Below are positions 17,101 through 29,311 of a stretch of 64,000 bases of DNA, in pieces. Made by a program: the position numbers and the translations under genes. The notes under the pieces are model-generated. The model searched no databases, was not told the origin of the DNA, and saw nothing but the letters and a program-made list of their open reading frames with translations. Within the stretch, counting starts at the first letter, position 1. Every line of letters starts with the position of its first letter. This stretch comes from Rhizophagus irregularis (lineage: Eukaryota), in the NCBI RefSeq assembly GCF_026210795.1, contig NC_089435.1, forward strand, positions 3,844,001 through 3,908,000, read 5' to 3'.

Positions 17101-18271
17101 TATCCGTTTATTAATTATTTATTTCTTTTGGTAAATTTCTCTTTCATTATCATGTGAAAATAGCTTTTGAAAACAATCTGAAAATGGTCAAGTCAATTAA
17201 AAAAACTTGTTAATAAAAAATCTTATGATAAATGTATTCGAACGCGTAAATCACCTCTTAATTGGGGAACTCGATAACAATTTAAGATTAGAAGGAAAGT
17301 TGATTCCAAAGTGGTTTTTAAAATCATATGAAATGATTTTTTTTGTGTCCGTTATGTTATAAATCAATTTAAGGATTAGGGAGCTTTTTTTTTTCTTTTT
17401 ATTAAAGTACTTTACTGCGTATTATATTATTTTTATTATTTGTATGGAAAAAGGCGGGTAAATAATTTGTCATTTGTATTACAAACATAATTTTATTCAT
17501 AACATTTCTGCAATCCTATGACCTTATTACTTTGTTCTCCAGAATAAGTTCAAAACAACTTTTTAATTTTTTTTTCCAGTATCTCTCCACTCAAAATGTT
17601 TTGAAAAGGTCTTGATTTATTAAAAGAAATTTCAATATTCAAAAGACAAATACGGTGAAATGGCTGCAAAAGTAATTTTTTAAATTGCCGCTGGAGTATG
17701 ATTGTCATCTGAAAATGTAATTTTGATTCCGATTTTTCGGTTAGTTTGCAATTTTTTTTTTCTATTTCAAGTAAAACATAACAGTAAAAGCATAAGAAAA
17801 AAAAAACCATTAATCAAAAAAAAGAATATTTCCTTAATACACGATTGAATTCGCATCACTCCTATGTGTTTCATATTGGAATATCAAATCACAATTATAC
17901 AATGTTTCTTCTTATCTTATTAAATAAAGGTGATATGTTGACCTATTAGTCACACGATTTCAATCGTCACACAATAGTTAACCCACATAAAAAAAAAAGT
18001 TTAAATATTTCTACTCGAGATCTTCCATTCGTGTATATATATAAAGAATCAGAAATGATGAGTCGCAAAAAAAGTTGAAATTTCAATTTTTTTTTCTTTT
18101 TAAAAAAAAAAATAAAAAAAATAAAAAAAATTGAAAATAACTAAAAAAAAAAAAAACTAAAAAACCCTCCAAAAAAGACCAAAAAAAGTATCACGATTGA
18201 AAAAAAAATTTTTTTTTTGAATAATAATTCGTTCTCGAATAAAAAAAAAGAAAAACTTTTCACTCATAATA

Positions 18272-19677
18272 ATGGCTCCAACAAAAACAATTAATGTTCA
18301 CTTAGCAAGGGCTAACCAAGTCATTGACGTTGTTAGGCAATTGCCTTATGACCCGACTTATAAATCCGAAGACGTCGTTCACATTTCTCTTACTATGGCA
18401 CCAAAAGCTAGAATAGAAATTGCTTCTATAGCAGGAATAATTCAATATTCTTGTGACTTGGTTATGTCAAAAACAATTCATGACGTTATATTCGACTTTT
18501 CAAAAGTTAAACTACCTTTCACTTGGCCGGCAAAGAAAACTATTCGTGATATCCTGACTTTGAAACCAAAAGACCCAGTAGCGATTGAATTAGTTAGTAA
18601 AGACTGTCGTTTGACAGTTTTCAAAAAAAATGACCCTAAACGCCGTGATGAATGGTATGACCATATCAAGAACTGGAGAAAAGATGTACCTCAACGTTTC
18701 CACTTAATGTTGAATGAATTGGTTGAAAATGTATCAGCTCATGCTCAACTTGAAGAATCGCGTTTTGTCTTTACGGTCGGTTTATTATTCAGTACAAAAA
18801 AGGTATGTACTTATAATCAACTTAAATTTATTTCACATGCTTATTGAATATAATCATTTTGACATTGTTTTCGTTTTGTTTTTAGCAACTTTTATACTGC
18901 ATCGCAGATTGTGGTGTAGGCCTTAAAGGATCACTTAATCACGCAATCGTTTCCGAAGCTAAACAAGTTTCAACACGTGCTTGTGCATTAAATTTAACTC
19001 GCCCTCAATTCACGTCAAAAGGAATTCAACGTGGTCATCAAGGTGTCGGACTTTTCATCACTTCAGAATTATCGCAAATGAACCAAGGTTACCTCGAAAT
19101 TATTTCTGGAACACAGGAATATGAACAAAGTGGTAAGTAAAAAGAATATTGATGATATAATATATATTATTATTAATATTTTTAATAACAAATTATTTAT
19201 AAAATTAAAATACTTTTTCTTTATTCTGTGTAAATAGACAATACAGTCATGCGTATACGTGGTGTTGCAGAATGGAGAGGGACAATGGTTCATGGAGCAA
19301 TTAATCTCGATAAGGAATTTAATTATCGTCAAGCAATGAGATTATTTTCTGATCCTTCCAAGCTCTCTAAGGACCGTTTCTTGGTTGCTCATCTTCACTT
19401 GAATGTATATGGAGAACGAACCTTAAGAACGAGAGAACTTTGTGAAGAAATAATTCGGGACCTTGAACTTTCTGTTGAACGTTCACCAAAAATTATATTA
19501 GATTTCAGCGATATTGACGAGATCAGTCAGGCCTTCCGAGGTTTCTTACGACAATTCGTTGTAAATAATAAACATGTAAAAATTATGATTATGGTTCCTC
19601 CAAATGCAGACGAAGATTTGAAAGAAGATTTACAAGAATTAGTCGAGCTTGCTGCTCAAAATTTAGATGATGATTAG
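18272..19677 (+). CDS. GHKL/HATPase_c ATP-binding domain fused to a C-terminal STAS-like (DUF4325-type) domain; 405 aa, 3 exons
   Basis: Exons 18272-18802, 18886-19132 and 19238-19677 (531+247+440=1218 nt, in frame, GT-AG introns). N-box LNELVENVSAHA, G1 IADCGVG, G2 RGHQGVGLF, G3 WRGT. The C-terminal LRTRELCEEI...KIILDFSDIDEISQAF resembles STAS/DUF4325. Confidence 0.85.
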
Positions 19678-20569
19678 ATGAGATTTTTTTTTTATTAGAT
19701 AAATATATATACATTATAAAAAAAAATTATCATTAATAATTTTCTTTTCTCTTTGTATAATTTGTATAATTTTCAAAAAAAAAAAAGAAAGAAAAATAGA
19801 CTAGAACTTTTTAGTAGATAATAGATATTGATTATTTCTTTTTAAAAAAAAGGCGGCGTAATGAATGCGCGTGGTTATAGAAAAATTTTTTTGGGATTAT
19901 TATTTCATTAGATTTCTTTTTCGTAATTGTATCACATTTAAAAAAAAAAATTCAATATACATTTAACTCTTTAAAAAAAGCTTCATTAAAATTTTCTGTT
20001 TTCAAAAAAAAAAATTTATTTTTATACATATTCGATTCAAACTTTTTTGTGCCTTGGGCGTTTGAACATATGTCCATTAAAGTTTCAAACACTTTGCTGT
20101 TACGTCTGAAATTACAGAATAAATTTTAAAACTACCAAAATTAAAAATATTCTTCAATAAAAATCACTTTAACAAACCATCCAAGAAAAATTTTATATAT
20201 AAAAAAAAACCAAAAATTTTTCTGCTAAATTTTAATGATATATAACCAAGTATACAAATATATAATATATATAAAAGAAATAAAATAATTTTTTTTTTTG
20301 TTGATAAAAAATAATTACATACAGAAAATATATATATATATAAAAATTTTCAAAATATAAAAGTCAATAAATTTTTTGATATAAAAAATAAAAATAGGAA
20401 ATAAAAAATAAAAAGATATACAGAGAAAAAAAAATATGTATATATGTTATGTATATGTATATATATAAGAATTCAGTAATATAATATATCCCAAATATAA
20501 TAATATAATAAAATATGTGATGGTTTATATATAAAAACAAAAAAATATGTAATATAAAAATAAACTACA

Positions 20570-20603
<34 letters not shown>

Positions 20604-20878
20604 TTTCAAACCCAATGCAATAATAATAATAAAATGATGAAATTAAAATGTCAAGTAATCAAAAAAAAATTAAAAAAAAACCCACCCACGGCACAAATTT
20701 GTGCAAATCCAATAAAATATCCATTTCTTAAATTTAAAATAATCGAATTATCTTCATTTTAATGAATTCTTGTCACCTAATCAAACAAATTGTGGAAAAT
20801 ATTAATTACATCTCTATTTATCATTACAATTGATATTATCCTCAAAAAACCCAAAATAATATTCCATGGTCCTTCTAT

Positions 20879-23802
20879 CTAATTTTCACGTGACTTATTC
20901 GATCTATTGATATTGGAATTTTCGTCTCCATTGGTTGTCATACGAGAGACAGAAATCGACGTTGACAAACCAGAATCTGAAGCCGTACTACCCGAATTTG
21001 AACCTGTAGTCGAAGAAGAATGGCAAGAATCAGATGATGAAGATCTAGATGCATTGCCGTGTCCGTGATTTTGCAAGTGATGATTATGTTGTAAATGATT
21101 ATTTTGACTATTATGATGCTGTCCATGATTATAAAGTCCATGATTTGAAAGATTATTGTTAACCACCACCCAACTACTTCTTTTAGAAAGTTCAGCACTC
21201 GGTGTACCATGAGTTGTTGATACACCATTTGTGTGAATATGATTATGTCCATGACCATTCACAATCGTATTTTGTTTTCCTGACAATGATGATGACGATA
21301 TTGGTACTGAAGAAATTGATAATGAAGACCCATTACCCATTGTCGAATTCCTTGATTCAGGATTTAACCCACTAGCACCATTTGAACTTCCATTATTACC
21401 ATTAGATATACTACTTCCACTCCAAGCAGGAACAGAACCACGTCGTACAAGACCAGGACTCAAATTATCAGGAGGAACTGTTGATACAGGAGAAGGTATG
21501 CTACTGCTAGTAAATCCGCCTAAATGACGGGGAAGTGGTAAAAGAGCAAGAGAAGCTCTACGAGCATATCCTCCTATGGCATTACTAATAGCAGCAGTAT
21601 TAAAAGATAGTCCTGGAAGTGAAGGAGGTAAAGTAGTCACAGGAGTTGTAGGTAATGACTGTGTTGATGGAGCTGGTGGATAAGCCGGATAATGATAAGA
21701 AGGTGGAGGATATTGAAAAGGATTTGAAGGAGAATCATGAGACATACGTCGCATAAGGTTTGTTATATTATGTGTAGGAGATGGAGTTGGTAAGGTAGTA
21801 TTGTTAGACGAAGGCTGAGGACAATTTCTATTACCATTTATAGATTTTGAAGTTGGTATAGTTAATGTGGGAGTTGTTGGAGGAGCTGATGAATATGGAG
21901 GTGCCGCCGCTGTTCGATAAGCGAGATCTTCTGGATTCATTGGTTTTGGTGATGAATGTCTTGGATGATGATATTGTTGTAAATCATCTGACAAGTCACC
22001 ACTTCTTGCACGACTAAGTAACGAACCGCTACTATTTGCACGTTTTATTGTGGAACCTAAACTCATTGATCTATGATGTTGTGATTGGTGGTGTGGATGA
22101 TGTGGATATGGTTTATGCAAATGATGATAAACGGGGTGATGGGCATTAAACACGCTACTTGAAGCGAAAGGAGCGTGCATGGGTGAATTATTAATGGAAT
22201 TTCCATTTCCATTTGATGCTGAAACCATTGATGGTGATGAACCAGGTAATGGAGGTGGTGGTGTCTTTGATAAATGTGTTGAATATTGTTGTGGAGATGA
22301 TGTTAACGTTGATTGATATGATGAGGTAATGTTCAGTGACTTTGTCGAAGAAAAACTACTATCCCGACGATGCGAACGAATAACATGATGATTATTTTCT
22401 ATTTGATCTTCTTCTTTCATTGCTTTCGATCCACCACCTTTACTTGTCGTATCATCAGTAGAAGGGAATTTACGTGACCTTTTGCTTAGACTCTTATCAA
22501 AGCTATGTCCTGAATCCCATCTGCCATGTCCATTAGGATATCTTATATTATCGTATATGCCCGCACCTTGTCTCATTTCTTCTTCCTTTACCCAATGTTT
22601 GAGTAATTGATCACCGTATTTCTGCAATTCTTCCACTGTAATTGCTAAACGAAAGTCGTTTAAAACGAGAAATTCTAACTCGAGTTGATTTAACTCCGAT
22701 ACCGGTAGTCCTCCAACCTATTAATTTTGGATGATATTGGGTAAAAAAAAATACATATATGTAACAGACATCCAAAAAAGGAATTCAGAACGAAAAAAAT
22801 TTTTATATATTAATCCAATATTTCTCTGAAATAATTTCAAAAAATCAAAAAATAATAAAAAAATAGAAATGGACTAGAAACAATTAGTATTTTTGATTTC
22901 ACTCATTTAAAAAAAAAAAAAAATTTCGTAAAAGTAATAAATATTAATTGTTTCTTAAATTATATCCAAACATATATATATACATACATACATATACATA
23001 TATATATATATATTTAAAAATCAATTAAATATTTTAATTCTAATGAATTCCATATTAAAAAAAAAATTATTATTAATTTCCCCAAATTTTAGGAATAAAA
23101 ACTCCGAGGTTCAAAAAATTTTTAATTGAATTTTTATCCAATTTTCAAAAAAAAAAAAATTAATTGAATTAAATTGAATTGATGGATAAATCTTTTTATA
23201 ATTCATTTATAGCTCACATCCTTGATTTATCCAACAATTCTGTTTATAAAAAAAAAAATAAGGAAGAATTTCCTTTTCGCCCATATATTTCTTTGGCTAC
23301 AAAAAAAAAGAAATTCATGTTGCACCTTTGGAACATAAAAAAAAAAGTTCCTTAAAGAACCTGCTTACCATACCTTTGCGTATCTTGAATTCGTGAAAAA
23401 TACGTCTGAAAAGAATTTGGAAGAGACCATGATACCAGCAATTATTAGACGATGAATATTAAAAGAATCGATAGAGAAAGGTTTTCCAGTTGTTGCTATG
23501 GCATTCTTTGACATACGATCAAAATAAACTAGTAATGATAAGAAACATTCATTTGTTGTTGGACAATATTTCAGTATCCTTGAAAGATAGGAATGAATAT
23601 CTATTGAAGGAACTGAACGAGCATGAAAACGCGTGAAAGAAGGTGTGGAAGCTACTGAAACTGTTGAGGGTGATGTCTCCGTATGGTTTATATTGTGTGA
23701 CTTTAATTGGTCATTAGCACTTGTAATCTTTTCTAGAAGCGAAGCTAGCATCTTCAGAGTGTCCGTAACAGGGAAATTTGCTAAATCCAGCGTGTGCATC
23801 AT
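20879..23802 (-). CDS. Pho80/Pcl-family cyclin with long low-complexity C-terminal tail (2 exons)
   Basis: Exon 23802-23374, intron 23373-22718, exon 22717-20879. Reads FHARSVPSIDIHSYLSRILKYCP...LLVYFDR...NIHRLIIAGIMVSSKFFSDVFFTNSRYAK|VGGLPVSELNQLELEFL, a Pcl6/7-like cyclin box. Confidence 0.92.
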
Positions 23803-24884
23803 GAATGCAAAGTTTTAATTTATTATTTTTTTTTAAAAAAAAAGTAAAAATTGTCTTTTGACAGGAATAAAAATAATATTAGCGTCAAAGAATAAATAAA
23901 GAGATGTATAGTTTTGTTTATGGAAAAAAAAAAAAAGAGTGGAAAAAAAAATTGTATACCATATAGCCAGGTCTCAAGCTCTTTTAGGTGAGAAAAGCTA
24001 TATAACAGGTAAAAGTATTGTATTTGGAGTAACAAAGTGGTACAAGGAGGAAAACCACAGCCAACCAACATATACAATGACAGGCGTCATTCACTTTTTT
24101 ACTGACATAGAACACTGACTTTATAAAAAAGTAGTATTAAACAAGGTTTGGGTTTTTTATTTATTCTATAAAATGTGAATCGAAAGGTCACACAAAAATC
24201 GTAATTAGTTTTGATATGTGATGCGGATTATACGACAGATAGTGTAATTAATTCTGGCAGCACAAGATTATGACGAAAATCTTGGTAGAAGACTTGGAAG
24301 ACTAAGACTAATTATTGATTAAATTAAGAAAGAAAATCACCTTTTCTATCAGATTTTATTCTCTATTTATGAATTACCAAATTTCTATGACTCGAATACT
24401 TTAATTTCGAGTCCGGTCCGCATTTTTTTATTTGAATTGAACTTCAAATTTATCACAAGATTTCTCGCCATGATTTTTCAACTAAAAAATAGATTCGATT
24501 CGCGTTATCAATAAAAGACTTTGGTCAAAAAAACATTCATTACTAAGCAATAATTTAGGCCACAAAACTATAAATTAAAATTGGTTATGGACCGAATTCA
24601 CGTGATTTAAACACAATGTAACTTAAGGGAATTCGTGTAACCAAAAACGTTTCAAATATATGCATATTTAATTAATAAATGTTTCGGAAAATGCAATTAC
24701 AAATATATTATATGTATTATTTATTATCATTACTTTTTGAAATAAAAAGGATACACCCGCAATTAAAAATTTTCTCTTTTCCTTTTTTTTTTTTTAAAAA
24801 AAAAAACCACATTCTCACATATTTAAAAATAAATATACCTTTCATTTATTCTTTTCTTACTTTTCTTTTATTTAGAAAGGAAAA

Positions 24885-26138
24885 ATGACTTTTAAGAAGA
24901 AAGTTGTTGAAGAAATTTCAGGGTATGAATATATTCATTCCGATATAGTGATAATACCAGGATTTAGAGGGTCAAAATTAGTGGATGAAAAAAGCAAAAG
25001 ACCAGGATGGATATCATTACATACCCCATTTTTTCCTAATAGTAAAGAATCAATAGATTTACCATTACATATAACCAAACATGAACATGATAGATTAATC
25101 CCAGGCGGAATTGTGAAAAAAGTTGCATGGTTAAAATTTTATGAAAGTTTAGTTAATCATCTGGATGATTTATCTAAATCTCGAGAAAGAAGTATAAAAA
25201 AAGAAGAAAAAAAATTAAAAAAAAAGGAAAGAGAAAATATTGAAGAATTGCCATCGTCATCATCTAGTGCAACATCCGATAGTATGAGTGATGATACAAA
25301 TATTAATATTAATCAACAATTTAAATTACATAAATTTTCATATGATTGGAGACGTACAAATGAAGCTTCAACTGAAGTTTTTATTGAATTTCTTCAAAAT
25401 ATTTATAATAATAATGGGAATAAAAAAATTTATATAATCGCACATTCAAATGGTGGATTAATAAGTCTTTCGGCATTACATCAAAGACCTCATTTAATAG
25501 GAGGGATCATATTTGCTGGTACACCATTTAATGGAGCTCCTGGAATATTTGGTAATTTAAGACATGGTATTTCATTATTATTTAATAAAAGATTACAAGA
25601 TGATGCATCACATTTTGCTCTACGTACGGTATTCACATTAATGCCACCTAAATTAGATGCTTTCAAACATCCAAATAATTTAAGTAAAAATGCCAATGTT
25701 GATTATTTTGATATTGAAGAATGGAAAAATAGTGACTGGTCACTAGTTATTAATGAAGATAATCCAAGATATGATGAATTAGGAAGTAAACAAGAACGTA
25801 TTGATTATCTTCAAAGAACTTTAGAAGCCGCGAAAAGATTTCATAAAACTTTAGAAAAACCTTTTGAAGATTTTGAATATCCTCCATTATGTACATTAGT
25901 TAGTAATAATCATCTTACCAATGGTGGTTATGCAATGGGTAAATGTGATGGTAAACATAGTATCTTATTTGATAGGGCTATCTATACTAGTGGTGATAGT
26001 GCTGTTCCCTTTGAAAGTACCAGATTACCTCAAGGAATACCTTTTGAAACCGTTTTTTCAGAATTTTCTCATGGTTCTTTATTAGAAGATGTAGAAGCTG
26101 TTGGAAAAGCATTAGAGATCATCTTTAAAAAGTATTAA
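24885..26138 (+). CDS. Alpha/beta-hydrolase, LCAT/phospholipase-like, intronless (417 aa)
   Basis: IIPGFRGS oxyanion region, FSYDWRR, nucleophile elbow IAHSNGG, GTPF, GDSAVP and C-terminal H (FSHGSLL). Confidence 0.85.
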   Translation: MTFKKKVVEEISGYEYIHSDIVIIPGFRGSKLVDEKSKRPGWISLHTPFFPNSKESIDLPLHITKHEHDRLIPGGIVKKVAWLKFYESLVNHLDDLSKSRERSIKKEEKKLKKKERENIEELPSSSSSATSDSMSDDTNININQQFKLHKFSYDWRRTNEASTEVFIEFLQNIYNNNGNKKIYIIAHSNGGLISLSALHQRPHLIGGIIFAGTPFNGAPGIFGNLRHGISLLFNKRLQDDASHFALRTVFTLMPPKLDAFKHPNNLSKNANVDYFDIEEWKNSDWSLVINEDNPRYDELGSKQERIDYLQRTLEAAKRFHKTLEKPFEDFEYPPLCTLVSNNHLTNGGYAMGKCDGKHSILFDRAIYTSGDSAVPFESTRLPQGIPFETVFSEFSHGSLLEDVEAVGKALEIIFKKY

Positions 26139-27504
26139 AACTTGATCATCATATAAGGCAAAATTATTGTTCCCCTTATTAAGAGAGTAGTACTTCTTTA
26201 ATTACAATAGATACAATTATACTATATGCATATTTAAATATAGACTTGACAATAATTATTTACTTAACAATGTCCCCCCTATTTTTGTAATCAGTTAAGA
26301 CTTTTTAAGTCGATCTACTAAATAAAAATAAATCAAAGATTTAATCTTTCATAATAAATTGCTTATGTAATAATGTCAAAATAAATAAATTGAATAAAAT
26401 TGATAAACTCCTCTTTCGTGTGGAATTAGTGAATTTCTTATTATAGATATTCGTGCAACATGTAATTAAAATAATTTCCATATTTGGATAAAAAAAAGAT
26501 TTTGTCGCATATTTGTTTGTTTATTAAAACTGGAACATTTAGAAACAACTCCACACAACTCCTGAAATTAGTTTATGTGACAAATTTGGTTATTTAATAA
26601 TTTTATTGTTAGAACTCGTCGTTGTTTCATTAAATTAATTATACAAATTCAAAACAATATATTTTCTTTGTCACATTATGATTGGGAGTGAAGTGTAACG
26701 TGTGAATATATTTTTTCCACCTTTTTTTTGTGTAATATTCCGAACGAGCGTACTCAAACAAATGGTTTTTCACATCCTGTTCCTTGTTTGTTTAAGGTCG
26801 CATAGCACGTTTTATTTGACAAAAGTTTCAGACCTAAATTTAACTCTTTTCTTATCACCTTTAATTACAAATTACTAAAATAAGTATTTGCACAATGAAT
26901 TGAAAACAACGAATTTCCTGGGTTTCACACGCATGGGTCGATTAAAAACAGGGAACAAATAGAATACATACATAAATTTATGCAATGTAATATTTGAAAA
27001 GACTATCTACATATTATTCTATTTGTGCACTTGATATTGTTTTCTTAACTGAAATTGTCTTTGTAAACATGTAATAAAGTAATGATCTACACGAAACTAA
27101 TTTGTGCGAATAAGATGATTTCTTGCAAACGCCCGGGAATGATGAAACTTGATGAAAAACAAGGGGTGATGTATTAAGTGTTAATTCTTTATTGAAGAAA
27201 ATAACGTCTTTACTGTAAGACAAATCAAAAAAATTTTCTATAAATATGGCTTGATTTTATCGTAAGATGTTTCTTCATCCAAAAATAATACATTTCATAA
27301 GATCAATATCCCTCAGGAGGGCTCTATTGTTTTATATACAAAGTTTGAAAAAAAAAAATACACATACTATAATTCTTCCTTCTAGCAGGCTAGAACTTCT
27401 TGTTTTTTAAATATAATATAACTTCGGATTTAGATTTTCATTTTCGTTTTATTTATCTATCAGTCTTTTCTACCTTTTTTTTTTTAATTTACTAAATCCT
27501 AATA

Positions 27505-28665
27505 ATGAAGTTCTCTTCTGCTATTTTCACAATTGTCGCTACATTTATCGCTTCCGTGTCATCGCACACTACAATGTCATTTCCTCCAACTAGGGGACAT
27601 CCATTAAATAAAAATGCAGCTGTCCAAGACTTTGAATGTATAATGGCACCATTAAATGGTGGATCGGGATGTGCACCTAAAAAATTTCCATGTGGTGGAT
27701 ATCCAAAAGATAAAAAAATCGTTACAACTTTCAAAGCAGGAGAAGTTTTTGAAGTTAAATTTTTTAATCAAAACTTCCCTAAATTAAAAGATGAAGATAA
27801 ACAAAAAGATCAAGCAAGACATAATGGTGGTTTATGTGAATTTTCTTTATCTTATGATGGTGGTAAAACTTATACCGTTATTGCCTCTTATAAAAAAACT
27901 TGTCCTGACATTTTCTTTGAAGGTTGGAAAGTTAAAATTCCTGAAAATGCTCCTTCTTGTGATAGTCCCGGAAATTGTATCTTTTCTTGGAGTTGGATTA
28001 ATGCTGTTGGAAATCGAGAATTTTATCAAAATTGTGCTGATGTTAAAATTGAGGGAAATGCCACCGAACCTTTACCTATTATTGATATTACAAGAGCAAA
28101 TTTACCTCCTCTTTTCAAAAAGATTTTAACTCCCGAAGGTGATGATTTAAATAGTGGTAATGCTGTAGGTTCTGGTCCAAGAAAAGAAGATGTTCAAGCT
28201 AATTTGGCTTTAAAGATTGGTAATGGCAATAATGACAATAAAAAACCTCCACAAAATGATGATAAACAAGATGGTGATGATACACAAGACGACGATAATA
28301 AAAGCCCTCCACAGGATGATGACAATGATAACAAAAGTCCTCCACAGGAAGATGATAACGATAATAATAAACCTCCGCAAAATGATGATGATGGAAATAA
28401 CGATGATAACAATGACAATGAAAATGACAATAACAATGACGATGACAATGACAAAAATGACAATGACAATGACAATGATAATGAAGACGACAATAATCAA
28501 GATATTCCATGTAGTGAAAATGGAACGATGGTTTGTGGCAAAGAAGGTGGTGCTGAATTTCTTACTTGTGATAATGGTAAATTAGTTTCAAGATCTTGTC
28601 CTGGAATTTTAGTCTGTACACAAAATGGTAAATCAATCTTTTGTGGTTATCCAAAAAGAAGATAA
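27505..28665 (+). CDS. Secreted lytic polysaccharide monooxygenase-like protein (AA11-like), D/N-rich linker, C-terminal Cys-rich chitin-binding (CBM19-like) module
   Basis: The signal peptide ends ...ASVSS|H, giving an N-terminal His. Motifs HNGGLCEFSLSYDGG and WSWINAVGNREFYQNCAD; C-terminal CSENGTMVC...FLTCDNGKLVSRSCPGILVC. Confidence 0.82.
   Translation: MKFSSAIFTIVATFIASVSSHTTMSFPPTRGHPLNKNAAVQDFECIMAPLNGGSGCAPKKFPCGGYPKDKKIVTTFKAGEVFEVKFFNQNFPKLKDEDKQKDQARHNGGLCEFSLSYDGGKTYTVIASYKKTCPDIFFEGWKVKIPENAPSCDSPGNCIFSWSWINAVGNREFYQNCADVKIEGNATEPLPIIDITRANLPPLFKKILTPEGDDLNSGNAVGSGPRKEDVQANLALKIGNGNNDNKKPPQNDDKQDGDDTQDDDNKSPPQDDDNDNKSPPQEDDNDNNKPPQNDDDGNNDDNNDNENDNNNDDDNDKNDNDNDNDNEDDNNQDIPCSENGTMVCGKEGGAEFLTCDNGKLVSRSCPGILVCTQNGKSIFCGYPKRR
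28225..28500 (+). repeat. Coding tandem repeat (KPPQNDD/KSPPQDDD units and a GAC/AAT microsatellite) in the LPMO linker
   Basis: Four PPQ(N/D/E)DD units, then aatgacaatgac runs. Confidence 0.8.
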
Positions 28666-29311
28666 ACCTTCAAAGCCATTTTTCCGTTTCAAACTTTGTA
28701 TATTTACATAAAAAATAGAAAATTTTATATAGATGTATTATTTTTGGATCAAAAAAAAAAACTTTATTATGTATTTTTAAAAAAATTCATGTAATGTAAT
28801 TTCTCCTTTCATTCTTTTGTTAAAAAAAATTTTTTTCGTGATTTAATACGATCCCTCAATAGAAATAAAAAATGAATTTCAAACATAAATGCTTAGTCAA
28901 GTTGTTATTGGTTTTTTTAAGTTTATAATGTAATTTTCACTTTTTTTTTCAGGGACGTAAACACTATTCATAAACCATTGCGTATAACTACAAAAATGAA
29001 TTTATACTACAGTGATGAATGATTCAAAAGCTAATAGTTAACTAAGAGTACTTGTTATAATCAAATGGTAAAGGAATATATATTTATAATCTCTTAGTTA
29101 TTAAATACAGTGAACTATTCGGTTATAAAATTGGCCAATAAAAATATGGATATGTGATCATTCGCACACTTTCCGAACCAACAAAAATTGTCTATAGTTA
29201 CCATATTATACATTTTATTATATTGATTATTTACATATTTCTTGTTTTTTTTTGTTTATTGTGCAAACAAATGGATTTTACTATGTAAAATATATAATTA
29301 AATGTTTGAAT

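Noticed and set aside
15124..17810. Short hydrophobic ORFs at 15124, 16765 and 17550 (also 23823 and 24679)
   Set aside because: F/I/L/K-rich translations expected by chance from poly(A/T) DNA; no motifs or splice support.
18272..19677. Bacterial or endosymbiont contamination, or a conventional two-component histidine kinase
   Set aside because: The gene has two GT-AG introns and host-like AT-rich flanks between fungal genes, and no H-box or receiver domain is visible.
28194..28585. Four overlapping ORFs (Ser/Leu-, Cys/His-, Ile/Val- and Met/Thr-rich)
   Set aside because: Alternative-frame and antisense shadows of the GAC/AAT repeat in the LPMO linker.
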